Assembly (NCBI GenBank): GCA_963668625.2 | Contig: CAXXKA010000001.1 | Span: forward strand, 544,001 to 608,000 | Direction: 5' to 3' | Origin: an uncultured candidate division Zixibacteria bacterium | GTDB lineage: Bacteria > Zixibacteria > MSB-5A5 > UBA10806 > 4484-95 | DNA: 64,000 nucleotides | Notes under the pieces: generated by a model | Told to the model about the DNA's origin: nothing | Databases searched by the model: none | What the model saw: the letters and a program-made list of their open reading frames with translations, nothing else | Part shown: positions 30,502-39,951 of the stretch, piece after piece | Layout of the letters: each line of letters starts with the position of its first letter | Numbering within the stretch: the first letter of the stretch is position 1 | Position numbers and translations under genes: made by a program

Positions 30502-30530
30502 TTGACATGATATGTCGCTTGTTCTAATAT
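30502..30530 (+). promoter_or_regulatory. Sigma-70-type promoter implying a ~320-nt leader
   Basis: TTGACA-N17-TAATAT after an A-tract; next CDS starts at 30860. Confidence 0.5.
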
Positions 30531-30859
30531 TGACGATATAAATAGCAGCAGTAGAATTATCATCCATGTTGTAGTTGATGTATTCCGGTAATTGTTTGCA
30601 TCACGGGATTAGATGGGGGAACAATATTGATCTGGAACACTTATTAGCTTAAAAGAATATAATTAAAATGTTAAGGTATTTCTAGGAACATTATCACAAC
30701 CGTTAGTATTAATAATGAAAAAGAGCTTAATCGGAATTTCCAGTTTCCATGAAAGGAGGGTATCACCCCGAGTGTTGTACGAAACGCCGATCGGTGTTTT
30801 AAATTTGATGTAATTTCTTTAAAATTAAAAGCACGAACCCAAATTTGTAAGGAGGGGTT

Positions 30860-31735
30860 ATGCACAAGAAAATTTTAGCTCTACTTATTTTAATTCCATT
30901 TAGTTTATCCTTTGCTAATTCAGTTGATATTTGGTTCGGCGGCCAATTTGATGGTTTTGCCTGGAATGATGTGATGGAGGTTACTCCCGGCCAGTGGATT
31001 GATATCCCGGTGTACGCCATGGGTAACAGCGATGATATATACCTTGCAGATATGACGCTTCCGTTGGGAATCAATAAACAGTACATCGATAAATTCAGCA
31101 TAGAGGACAGTCGAGCGCTGGAGCCGCTCTCAGAATGGGATGTTGCGGTATTTGCCAATGAAAATGATGAGTTCGAGGAGGGTTGGTCGAGTCTTTCGTT
31201 CTTAGGATTCAGCCAGATTTACTCCAAGGATTCTCCTTATGCCCATTTCGAGACTCCGACTAAGATAATGACATTCAGGGTTCATATCATCGATGATGAG
31301 AACCTGATGAACGAGATGGCCCCCAACGCTATTTCCCAGGGTATGGATATCCGTCAAAGTACCGCCAACATGGGCAATCCAACCGGCGATATAAGTTTCG
31401 AGGTCAATCAGCATTTCGCCAGTTTCCTGTTCAGCCCGGCCACCGCTATCGATGACCTGGTGGAGATACCCGATATGTATTTCCTTTCGGAAAACTACCC
31501 GAATCCTTTCAATCCGACGACGTTGTTCAAGTATGGTATACCCGAGGCGGCGCATGTAAATATAGAAATTTACGATGTGCTGGGACGCAGGGTCGAGACG
31601 CTGGTCGATGAGGATCAAGAAGCCGGTTACCATCAGGTTACATTCGATGGCGACGGTTATTCCTCCGGCATGTACTTTTTCAAAATGGCGGCCGGTGATT
31701 ATAACGAAACCAAGAAGATGACTCTAATCAAGTAG
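30860..31735 (+). CDS. Secreted protein with C-terminal sorting domain
   Basis: Signal peptide; LSENYPNPFNP...SGMYFFKM...KMTLIK; strong SD. Confidence 0.85.
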   Translation: MHKKILALLILIPFSLSFANSVDIWFGGQFDGFAWNDVMEVTPGQWIDIPVYAMGNSDDIYLADMTLPLGINKQYIDKFSIEDSRALEPLSEWDVAVFANENDEFEEGWSSLSFLGFSQIYSKDSPYAHFETPTKIMTFRVHIIDDENLMNEMAPNAISQGMDIRQSTANMGNPTGDISFEVNQHFASFLFSPATAIDDLVEIPDMYFLSENYPNPFNPTTLFKYGIPEAAHVNIEIYDVLGRRVETLVDEDQEAGYHQVTFDGDGYSSGMYFFKMAAGDYNETKKMTLIK

Positions 31736-31761
31736 AGATGGGATTTCTTACCATTCGCTTT

Positions 31762-31790
31762 AAGGCGGTGCATATGTACCGCCTTTTTTT
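31762..31790 (+). terminator. Intrinsic terminator
   Basis: aaggcggtgc-atat-gtaccgcc followed by T7. Confidence 0.8.
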
Positions 31791-32015
31791 ATGCTAGAAA
31801 CCACCGATTCGCCCGGTGTGTAGGTTTTAAGCAAAGCATAGTATAGTATAGTGGCCCCCAGACGATTTCGTCTGCTGCTTATGGGTAGCATGTTGGCAAA
31901 TGGGGTAGATGGGGAGAGGCTGTCCCAGGATATTTCAGATAAAACGTAACTGCTATGACCAGCCTCAGCTATACGGTTTATTGGTAGATCACGTTTGGAA
32001 TACTGTTTGATCCAT

Positions 32016-32044
32016 AAAAAAAGGCGCTCAACGAACGCCTTTTT
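32016..32044 (-). terminator. Intrinsic (possibly bidirectional) terminator after the GH57 gene
   Basis: A7-ggcgctc...gaacgcc-T5. Confidence 0.65.
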
Positions 32045-32069
32045 GATCATATTCTATTTATCATTCCAA

Positions 32070-33782
32070 TTACGGAAATTCGACCCTCTCGAACCATTTC
32101 AGATCGATATCCGGGAACAGGTCATCCTGTTTTTTCAGCTCATTGACGAATTCCAGTTCGCCCTCGGATAAGCCGCCGTTATATTTTTCCACCATCTCGT
32201 TCAGACGCTCGAAATAGTCGAAGTGACGATGCAGGCGAAGTTCGGCGTAATCACGAGCCGCCCAGGTGGAGATCAAGAATTGCCAGTCGGAGGCCGCCAG
32301 GAGCATGAACTCGCGCGCCGCCTGCTTGCCGATTTCGGTAAGCTGGTCATCATTGCGCTCGAGGCATTTTTTCGCGATATTCTGAATCTGGATTTCATAC
32401 TTGTAAATATGTTTCCAGGTCCATTCGGTGTTTTTATTCAGCCATATATAATGATAGCCGCCCTCACCCCATGAACCCTCGGGCAAACTGACTACCTTGG
32501 TAGGTCTGACCATATCTTTGTAGTTCGAGCAGGTAATCGCATCGAACTCCGGTTCCTTGCTGAGATTGCTGATAACCTCTTTAATGAATCTGACACCCTC
32601 GAACCACCAGTGACCGAACAGCTCGGCATCGAAAGGAGCGCAGACTAAACCGGGTTGCTTTTTATCCTTATAATATGAGTTGAGCGTGGTCTTGACCAAC
32701 TCGACGAAATGTGCGGCGTTTTCGGGTACGCGACTTTTCGCCAGCTCGGGATTGTACATCTCTTTATCAGCCAGGTCGGCTTTAGCCGAGGTTACGCGCC
32801 AATAGCGATGGCCTCCGGGGAAACGTTTCTTGTGGAAATCGAGATATTGGCCATCCCCGGGGTAACCCCATTCGCCAGACCATACCTGCAAACCCGTATC
32901 GGGGTCGCGGGTGAACACCGATACCGGCGCGCGGTCGGGACGAGAACCTACCAGGTAAACTTCTTGCGGAGTTTTCTCGGGTTCCTCATCACGAGGATGG
33001 AACTGTTTCTCGAACTGTCCCCATAATGTTTTTAAGGCGTCGAACCTGTCGATATAAACGCCTATTGCCTTGCCGCCTTTTAGTGTGGCCGAATCGACCA
33101 CGAAATACTCGATGCCGTTTTCGGATAGAAACTCTTCGACACCTTTGCGATCGTAAGGACCGGTGAGGCCCTCGACCTCTACCGGCGGAGTCCAGGGGTA
33201 GGCCGGACGGTAGGCGCATTCGGGCAGCCATATACCGCGCGGTTTGCGTCCGAAATGATTCTCGTACGATTGAACCGCCTGTTTGACCATCACCTGGCAC
33301 GAGGTATCCTGCGATAGCAGCGGCATGTAACCATGTGTTGCCCCACAGGTCATGATCTCGAGATGCCCCATGTCCTGAAGACGCTTGAATTCCGCTATCA
33401 GGTTGTGATTGTAATGCTCGTAGGAATCGCGAATCATCTTGAAATGGTCACGCCACATCTCGGCGATAGGGATATACTCTTTCTGGTCGAATTTATAAAA
33501 CTCCTCGATATCGTTTTCGGCGGCCTCGATTTTCTGCTTGAGGTAGCCGGTAAACTCATCAACCAGGGTGGGATGAGCCAATTGCTCGCACAGAACGGGG
33601 GAGATACCAATAGTAATACTCATCGGGATGCCCTCGGCGGCCAGTTCGTTGGCGGCGTTGAGAATCGGGATATACGTCTCGGCCGCGGCCTCATTGAGCC
33701 AATCCGTACCGTGAGGCCATCTACCATGCCCCAGCACGTAAGGTAGATGAGAATGTAAAACTAAGCTAAAATAACCTTTCAT
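32070..33782 (-). CDS. GH57 1,4-alpha-glucan branching enzyme (DUF1957)
   Basis: LHSHLPYV, ETYIP, GIWLPECAY, PFDAELFGHWWFEG, ASDWQF. Confidence 0.92.
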   Translation of the reverse strand: MKGYFSLVLHSHLPYVLGHGRWPHGTDWLNEAAAETYIPILNAANELAAEGIPMSITIGISPVLCEQLAHPTLVDEFTGYLKQKIEAAENDIEEFYKFDQKEYIPIAEMWRDHFKMIRDSYEHYNHNLIAEFKRLQDMGHLEIMTCGATHGYMPLLSQDTSCQVMVKQAVQSYENHFGRKPRGIWLPECAYRPAYPWTPPVEVEGLTGPYDRKGVEEFLSENGIEYFVVDSATLKGGKAIGVYIDRFDALKTLWGQFEKQFHPRDEEPEKTPQEVYLVGSRPDRAPVSVFTRDPDTGLQVWSGEWGYPGDGQYLDFHKKRFPGGHRYWRVTSAKADLADKEMYNPELAKSRVPENAAHFVELVKTTLNSYYKDKKQPGLVCAPFDAELFGHWWFEGVRFIKEVISNLSKEPEFDAITCSNYKDMVRPTKVVSLPEGSWGEGGYHYIWLNKNTEWTWKHIYKYEIQIQNIAKKCLERNDDQLTEIGKQAAREFMLLAASDWQFLISTWAARDYAELRLHRHFDYFERLNEMVEKYNGGLSEGELEFVNELKKQDDLFPDIDLKWFERVEFP

Positions 33783-34081
33783 TGGTCCTGCCTAAATCCG
33801 ATGTTTTTGTTTTCCTGACCCATAACTTTAATCTCGCCCCATTGGTTCTCGTATTTCTTGATATTTTCCTCTAATGTTTTCAAGAGGATTTTTGCATGAC
33901 CGGGAGTCATGATAATCCGGCTGTATATCTTGGCTTTCTCCCGTCCCGGCATAATCCTGGCGAAATCAACAACGAACTCCTGAGGCGAGTTAGCGATCAG
34001 AGCGAGGTTGGAATATACCCCTTCCGATTCTTCCGGCCCGAGTTCGACATTGAGTTTGCGGGGTTGAGGTTTCTGTTCCAT
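33779..34081 (-). CDS. DUF3467-family protein
   Basis: GVYSNLA...S..EF..DF...P.....SRII.TP.HAK.L...L..N...YE...G.I. Confidence 0.85.
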   Translation of the reverse strand: MEQKPQPRKLNVELGPEESEGVYSNLALIANSPQEFVVDFARIMPGREKAKIYSRIIMTPGHAKILLKTLEENIKKYENQWGEIKVMGQENKNIGFRQDQ

Positions 34082-34130
34082 CTATATTCTCCTATTGATA
34101 CAAATCGACTTGTATGTTATCGAAATTATC

Positions 34131-34160
34131 TTGCTAATAGTTGTGTCATTGTAATATAAT
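34131..34160 (+). promoter_or_regulatory. Sigma-70-type promoter, leaderless candidate
   Basis: TTGCTA-N18-TATAAT, 8 nt before the ATG at 34169; no SD. Confidence 0.55.
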
Positions 34161-34168
34161 GTACGCCT

Positions 34169-35245
34169 ATGTCAAGGAAAAAGGGTAAAAATAGCCGTAA
34201 TGTGCAGGCTGAAAATGGTTATCACTCCATAATCCAAGGGTTGTCATCAAACAAAATAGGCAAGTTATTTGCTAATTTTGATAAATGTCGTATCGCCATT
34301 GTTGGCGATATTATGCTCGATCGGTACCTCTGGGGTGATTGCTCTCGAATTTCTCCGGAGGCGCCCGTTCCGGTAGTTGAGATCGAGAAAGAGGAACATC
34401 TTCTGGGCGGCGCAGCTAATGTTGCCAATAATATATCCATGCTTGGCGGACAGGCCGAGCTTATCGGCGTGGTTGGCAAGGATATATTCGCCCGCGATTT
34501 GAAAGCTCAGCTCAAATCGAGATCGTTCAGCTATGAGGGCGTGTTTACCGACAGCAGCCGTCCCACCTCGGTGAAAACTAGAATCATCGCCCAGAACCAA
34601 CAGGTAGTCCGGGCCGATAGGGAGAAAACCCACGAGGTCTCGACTCGTCTGAATAACAAGATACTAGAATATCTCGACAGTATTCTCGATCGTACCTCGG
34701 CGGTGATTATCTCCGACTACGGCAAAGGCGTGATAAACCGCAGGTTACTGGATAAGCTTATTTCATATTGCGTAGAGCGGGATGTATTCGTATCGGTCGA
34801 TCCCAAGCTGACTCATTTTTTCGATTACAAACAGGTCTCGACTATAACGCCCAACCATTACGAGGCAGGCTCGGCGGTCGGGCGCAAAATTACTGATGAT
34901 GAGAGCCTGGAGGAGGTTGGCTGGGAGATACTCGAGCGGCTGCATTCGAGATCGCTTCTGATCACGTTGGGCGCAAAAGGCATGGCGCTTTTCGAAAATG
35001 GTCAGGCCGATAAAGACAAACGTTCGCTAACCAAGATACCGACACTGGCGCGCAGAGTCTACGATGTCACCGGCGCAGGAGATACCGTCATCTCCGTGAT
35101 GACAATGGCTGTTGCCGCCGGGGCCTCGCTGAAAGAAGCGGCATTCATCGCTAACGTAGCGGCTGGCGAGGTAGTAGCGCAGATAGGCACGGCACAGGTC
35201 GAGAAAGACCGGTTGAAAGAGTTGGTATCGGGTTATTTAGAGTAA
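34169..35245 (+). CDS. rfaE1: D-glycero-beta-D-manno-heptose-7-phosphate kinase (HldE kinase half)
   Basis: GDIMLDRY..G...RISPEAPVP, SDYGKG, DVTGAGDT. Confidence 0.93.
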   Translation: MSRKKGKNSRNVQAENGYHSIIQGLSSNKIGKLFANFDKCRIAIVGDIMLDRYLWGDCSRISPEAPVPVVEIEKEEHLLGGAANVANNISMLGGQAELIGVVGKDIFARDLKAQLKSRSFSYEGVFTDSSRPTSVKTRIIAQNQQVVRADREKTHEVSTRLNNKILEYLDSILDRTSAVIISDYGKGVINRRLLDKLISYCVERDVFVSVDPKLTHFFDYKQVSTITPNHYEAGSAVGRKITDDESLEEVGWEILERLHSRSLLITLGAKGMALFENGQADKDKRSLTKIPTLARRVYDVTGAGDTVISVMTMAVAAGASLKEAAFIANVAAGEVVAQIGTAQVEKDRLKELVSGYLE

Positions 35246-35262
35246 TACTATAACCTATCAAA

Positions 35263-35287
35263 GTCATTCCCGTGAAAACGGGAATCT
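35263..35287. repeat. GTCATTCCCG-N-CGGGAATC palindromic repeat unit
   Basis: gtcattcccgtgaaaacgggaatct; resembles the dRS3/RPE-like class. Confidence 0.6.
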
Positions 35288-35300
35288 GTCAATATGAGTC

Positions 35301-35771
35301 ATGGGCAAAATAGTCTCACAATCACAACTTCTTAAAATACGCAAAGCCTGCAAACGCAAGGGACAGGTAGTGGTATTCACTAATGGATGTTTTGACCTGA
35401 TCCATCGCGGGCATGTGGAATACCTGAGCGAGGCGAAAAAGCTGGGTGATATCCTGGTTGTTGCCCTGAATACCGATTCCTCAGTCCAACGGCTCAAAGG
35501 GCCAAGCCGTCCCCTGACCAAGTTGGCCGACCGGGCGTATATCATGTCACATCTCGATATGGTAGACTATGTCACCTTCTTCGGCGCGGATACTCCCAAA
35601 TCAATCATCTCGAAACTGTTGCCTGATATACTGGTCAAAGGCGGCGACTATGTCGAGGCCACGATAGTAGGCGCTGAGGAAGTGCGAGCTGCCGGTGGAA
35701 CGGTGGAGGTGATACCGTTCGTAAAAGGGCGGTCGAGTTCGGGGATTATCAGGAGGATGAAGAAGGGGTAG
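35301..35771 (+). CDS. rfaE2: D-glycero-beta-D-manno-heptose-1-phosphate adenylyltransferase
   Basis: FTNGCFDLIHRGH, LNTDSSV..LKG..RP, LVKGGDY. Confidence 0.93.
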   Translation: MGKIVSQSQLLKIRKACKRKGQVVVFTNGCFDLIHRGHVEYLSEAKKLGDILVVALNTDSSVQRLKGPSRPLTKLADRAYIMSHLDMVDYVTFFGADTPKSIISKLLPDILVKGGDYVEATIVGAEEVRAAGGTVEVIPFVKGRSSSGIIRRMKKG

Positions 35772-35775
35772 AAAT

Positions 35776-36474
35776 ATGGAAGATCAAACTTTATTACCTA
35801 GCCGAAAGAACCAATTATTTAAATCGATTCAAGAGAATGGATTGAATCCTGCAGACTTCAAATGGGGGGATAAGGATTTTTCTATATATTCGGTTACTGG
35901 GCGGCAAATAGGTAATTATAAATGTTCTGTATTAAAGTTCAAAGATTTAGGATTTTTTGAATTCAATAATAATGGAACTCATTTTAAGCCTAAATTCTCC
36001 CCAGGTGCTTATCAAAGAACAACTTATATTATTGATGATTATAAAGATTGGGATTTCGCTTATAATGTTTTTAAGAAATGGCTTAAAATAATTCAAATAG
36101 AATATGGTCAACCTGATTTATGGGCCGAGTTCGAAAAATATAAATCGACTATAGGTAAGGTTGTAGTTGAAGAAATAAATAATAATTTTTCTGATGACGA
36201 TGTAGAGTTAATTAAGGTTCAATTGAGTAGTATTAGTGAAAGTATCAAAGCAAATTTTGATTTATCTTCTGATAAGATTGGTTTTATAGATAATCAAATT
36301 CAGTACCTTGTTGATTCTTCCAGAAAGCAAAATATTAGAAATTGGCGGAATTTAGCTATTGGTACATTCATGGGAATTGCTGCAAATCTAGCAATAACTT
36401 CGGATAAAATACCTTTATACTGGCAAATAATTAGAGATGGATTTAATTCAGTGAGACATTTATTGGGAATTTAA
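35776..36474 (+). CDS. AT-rich hypothetical protein
   Basis: 232-codon ORF 4 nt after rfaE2; visibly lower GC than the upstream genes. Confidence 0.7.
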   Translation: MEDQTLLPSRKNQLFKSIQENGLNPADFKWGDKDFSIYSVTGRQIGNYKCSVLKFKDLGFFEFNNNGTHFKPKFSPGAYQRTTYIIDDYKDWDFAYNVFKKWLKIIQIEYGQPDLWAEFEKYKSTIGKVVVEEINNNFSDDDVELIKVQLSSISESIKANFDLSSDKIGFIDNQIQYLVDSSRKQNIRNWRNLAIGTFMGIAANLAITSDKIPLYWQIIRDGFNSVRHLLGI

Positions 36475-36525
36475 TATTTAAGTCAATATTTAACAATGCA
36501 AGCGACCGAAGGGAGCGCAGCAACC

Positions 36526-36578
36526 CTTGTTCCCAAACTCCAGTTTGGGAACACAATTGCCCGAGAAACTCTGTTTCG
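36526..36578 (+). repeat. Left REP arm of the RAYT element
   Basis: Perfect 12-bp stem tgttcccaaact-cc-agtttgggaaca plus gaaactctgtttc; inverted match to 37142-37194. Confidence 0.85.
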
Positions 36579-36601
36579 ACTAAAAAAGAAAAAGCAGAAT
36601 C

Positions 36602-37138
36602 ATGCGTGACCGCTATAAAATATCTGATCAAAACTCAGTCTATTTTATTACCTCAACGATTATTGAATGGCTGCCGGTTTTCACGAATAATAAGTATTGT
36701 GATATCTTAATCGATTCGCTGAAACATTGCATCGAGAACAAATCGTTAAATCTGTATGCTTATGTAATACTCGATAATCACTTTCATCTAATCGGCTCGG
36801 CGCCCGAGCTTTCAAAAACAATATCATCAGTGAAAAAATACAGCGCCAGGATGATATTAAAGCAGTTAGAGGATGATAACAGAAACTGGCTTATTAACCA
36901 GATGGAGTTCTTCAAGAAAAAATTCAAAAAAGAAAGCGACCATCAAGTTTGGCAGGAGGGTTATCATCCTGTATTGATATCCGATCAGGATGTATTTGTT
37001 CAGAAAGTAGAATATATCCATAATAATCCTGTTAAACGCGGGCTGGTTGATTTGCCTGAATGCTGGCGTTATAGTTCGGCTCGGAATTATCTGATGGATG
37101 ACCATTCTATTATTTCAGTTAATTGTGAAATGAGCTAA
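36602..37138 (+). CDS. REP-associated tyrosine transposase (RAYT, HUH/Y1)
   Basis: YFIT, YVILDNHFHL (HUH), WQEGYH, YIHNNPV..GL....WRYSS. Confidence 0.92.
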   Translation: MRDRYKISDQNSVYFITSTIIEWLPVFTNNKYCDILIDSLKHCIENKSLNLYAYVILDNHFHLIGSAPELSKTISSVKKYSARMILKQLEDDNRNWLINQMEFFKKKFKKESDHQVWQEGYHPVLISDQDVFVQKVEYIHNNPVKRGLVDLPECWRYSSARNYLMDDHSIISVNCEMS

Positions 37139-37373
37139 AGACGAAACAGAGTTTCTTGAACAAGCGTGTTCCCAAACTGGAGTTTAGGAACAAGAGGGGT
37201 TACATCGCTTCGCTCGTAATAATTACTTTCGGCGTTTCCAATAACTTTGGAGCTTTAAAACATGAGAACAGGTAGTTTGCACGTTATACTAAAGACGAAA
37301 CAGAGTTTCTTGAACAAGTGTGTTCCCAAACTGGAGTTTAGGAACAAGAGGGATTACATCGCTTCGCTCGTAA
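37135..37373 (+). repeat. Right REP arm, present twice as an 85-bp direct repeat (37135-37219, 37289-37373)
   Basis: Two copies with 2 mismatches, separated by 69 bp. Confidence 0.9.
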
Positions 37374-37438
37374 CAAGAATTTTATAACAAGAGGTAAAAC
37401 GCGGTTACCGTGTCTCAAATATAGAAAGGAAAACATCC

Positions 37439-38509
37439 ATGCGTACCTTACTAACAATACTGGTAATCTTATCAATATCAATCGCCGCCTACGCAGGCGG
37501 CTCTTTCGATACTATGGTATTCCATCGAATAGCCGAGCCGAAAGAGAACGCCTTTACCATGCTGATACCGCAGGGCTGGCTGGTAGAGGGCGGTATCATG
37601 CGTGTCGATCCGATCTCGGGAGGCGGCGCGGGTAATGCCATTGCAGCCAAGCTCGATTTCGCGGTCAAAAGCGATAGCAAAGGTACGGTTATGGCTCACT
37701 GGATGCCGGATATGATCTATTTCGATATGACCTACTCGCCAGCAGGGCAGATGGGATTGTACCCGCCCGGCTCTAACTACAACGGCATGACAGTCTGGCC
37801 GCTCATGGCCGCCACCGATTTCCTGTCGCAGGTCGGATTCCCAAACCTTCACCCGCAGGCCACCAATGTTACCGTAGTCGAAAATAAACGTCTCGATGAT
37901 GTCGCCACGAACTATCAGCAGCGAGTGCACGCCTATGTGCCACAGATGACGTTTAGCTATGATGCCGCTTTGTTGACTGTCACCTATACCGAGAACGGTG
38001 TTAATTATAAAGAGATTCTGTTCACGGTAATCGAGAACTGGGGCCAGATGGGAGCCGGTATGTGGGGCAATAAAGAAAGCTTCTACCTTCGCACGCCCGT
38101 TGATGAGTTCGACAAATGGCAGCCGGTTTTTAGCTTGATGCAGGAATCGGTGCAGTTGAATGTTCAGTGGGTAGCAGGCGAGGTGCAGGGACAGATTAAG
38201 CGGGGAGAGATAGCCGCCAAAACGCAGGCCGAGATCAACCGTATTGCTAAGGAGATATCCGACCACAGAACGCAGACTAATGCCGAGATTCACAACGATA
38301 TGTATTTGAACCTGACAGATCAGGAGGATTATGTCAATCCCTACACTAACGAGATCGAGACCGGTTCGAATCAATGGGCACACAGATGGCAGAACGAAAG
38401 CGGCGATATTATCTATACCAATAGCGAGGATTACGATCCCAACACTGATATCAACCTCAATCACTCAGATTTCAAGCGCAGCCAAATCCGTGAGCGGAGA
38501 CCGAAATAA
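37439..38509 (+). CDS. Secreted hypothetical protein, paralog 1
   Basis: Signal peptide; EP.ENAFT.L.P.GW; C-terminal YVNPYTNEIE...YDPNTD. Confidence 0.85.
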   Translation: MRTLLTILVILSISIAAYAGGSFDTMVFHRIAEPKENAFTMLIPQGWLVEGGIMRVDPISGGGAGNAIAAKLDFAVKSDSKGTVMAHWMPDMIYFDMTYSPAGQMGLYPPGSNYNGMTVWPLMAATDFLSQVGFPNLHPQATNVTVVENKRLDDVATNYQQRVHAYVPQMTFSYDAALLTVTYTENGVNYKEILFTVIENWGQMGAGMWGNKESFYLRTPVDEFDKWQPVFSLMQESVQLNVQWVAGEVQGQIKRGEIAAKTQAEINRIAKEISDHRTQTNAEIHNDMYLNLTDQEDYVNPYTNEIETGSNQWAHRWQNESGDIIYTNSEDYDPNTDINLNHSDFKRSQIRERRPK

Positions 38510-38620
38510 GGCCTGAAAAAAGCTTCCCGGTTCGGTAGGAAATTCAACACCTCATAGGGTTTAGGTATAAAATGGGGAGATACTGATTTTCTGGTCTCTA
38601 TTATTGAAAGGAAAGATACC

Positions 38621-39685
38621 ATGCAGAAAACAATAGCAGTACTGATTATCCTATCAATAACAGTCCCTATCTATGCCGGAGGTTCTTTCGATACCATTGT
38701 ATTCAATCGAATAGCCGAGCCTGAGGAAAACGCTTTCACGATACTCGTACCGATGGGCTGGGTTATCGAAAGCGATATTATAAGGGGCGATTCGATACCT
38801 GGCGATAATGCTATCGAGGGCAAGTTCGATTTCGCTGTTAAAAGCGATAGCAACGGTACGGTAATGATTCGTTGGCTGCCGGATATGATCAATTACACTA
38901 TAGCTCATCCGGTGCTTGATACTCTTATGGGCTTGTATCCATCCCCGGAACACAATAATAAAATAATCGACCGGCCGTATATGGCTGCTGTGGATTTTCT
39001 GGGATTAGATTTACTGCTATACCTTCATGAACAGAGTACCAATTTGAGCGCTGACTATATGAAACGCCTCGAGAATGTGGCTGATAACTACCAAAAAAGA
39101 GTAAATACGTATCTGCCCGGGATGAGATATTCCTATGATGCCGGGTATGTTTTAGCCTCATACAATGAAGAAGGCGTAAAATACAAAGAGGCTCTTTTTA
39201 CGGTAGTCGAAAATCATCAGCAGAAAGGAAACGGTATATGGGGCAACAGGGAGTGCTTTTTTTTCCGAGCGCCTTTTAATGAATTCGAGAGATGGAAACT
39301 GGTTTTCAGCGTTATACAAAATTCGATGCAGATAAATATTCAATGGCTTGCGGATGAAATCCAGGGACAGATCAAGCGGGGAGAGATAGCTGCTAAAACG
39401 CAGGTGGAAATTGACACTATCGCATGCGGTATCACATCCAACACAAACCAGACCATGGCCGAGATCCAACATGAAATATATCTTAACATCATCGATCAGG
39501 AGGAGTATGTCAACCCCTACACTAACGAGATCGAGACCGGTTCGAATCACTGGGCACACAGATGGCAGAACGAAAGCGGCGATATAATTTATACTAACCA
39601 GGAGGGTTACGATCCCAACACGGATATCAAGATCAACCGCTCCGATTTCAAGCGTAGCTGGATTCGCGAGAGAGGCCCCAAATAA
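38621..39685 (+). CDS. Secreted hypothetical protein, paralog 2
   Basis: Colinear with 37439-38509; same gaaaggaaa SD context. Confidence 0.85.
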   Translation: MQKTIAVLIILSITVPIYAGGSFDTIVFNRIAEPEENAFTILVPMGWVIESDIIRGDSIPGDNAIEGKFDFAVKSDSNGTVMIRWLPDMINYTIAHPVLDTLMGLYPSPEHNNKIIDRPYMAAVDFLGLDLLLYLHEQSTNLSADYMKRLENVADNYQKRVNTYLPGMRYSYDAGYVLASYNEEGVKYKEALFTVVENHQQKGNGIWGNRECFFFRAPFNEFERWKLVFSVIQNSMQINIQWLADEIQGQIKRGEIAAKTQVEIDTIACGITSNTNQTMAEIQHEIYLNIIDQEEYVNPYTNEIETGSNHWAHRWQNESGDIIYTNQEGYDPNTDIKINRSDFKRSWIRERGPK

Positions 39686-39899
39686 AAGTGATCGGTGGTT
39701 TTTCTTGAAGGTAGCGGATGAAATTCTTTGCTCAGAATTTTTTATCCTCATGAATACCTGCAAAATTTAGATAGAAAAGGATTCGTGGCGACACCCATAA
39801 AAGACTTTTCAACCAGCCCAATTACTTGCTTTCAGTGATTAATCGGGCATTTTAACTATATGTATCGTTATGTATGACTGTAGGTTACGCCATTATACC

Positions 39900-39928
39900 T
39901 TGACATGATTATAACTTCATGTTATAAT
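39900..39928 (+). promoter_or_regulatory. Consensus sigma-70 promoter
   Basis: TTGACA-N17-TATAAT with TGn extension. Confidence 0.8.
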
Positions 39929-39951
39929 TCTGCCTTAGCTTTGGAGAGCGT

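Noticed and set aside
31760-32050. 96-aa minus-strand ORF
   Set aside because: Runs through two terminators and has no recognisable protein features
37135-37373. Repeat-spacer-repeat pattern resembling a mini CRISPR array
   Set aside because: Only two units of 85 bp, matching the RAYT REP arm; no cas genes in the window
38360-38375. GGTTCGAATC T-loop-like motif suggesting a tRNA
   Set aside because: Inside a CDS with no cloverleaf; no tRNA found in the window
37478-38464. 328-aa antisense ORF (also 56323-57192, 39158-39763 and many shorter ones)
   Set aside because: Shadow frames opposite well-supported genes; no motifs or SD
38318-39585. Near-identical tracts as a DGR template/variable repeat pair
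   Set aside because: Mismatches (T/G, T/C, A/C) are not adenine-specific, both tracts are coding, and no reverse transcriptase is present
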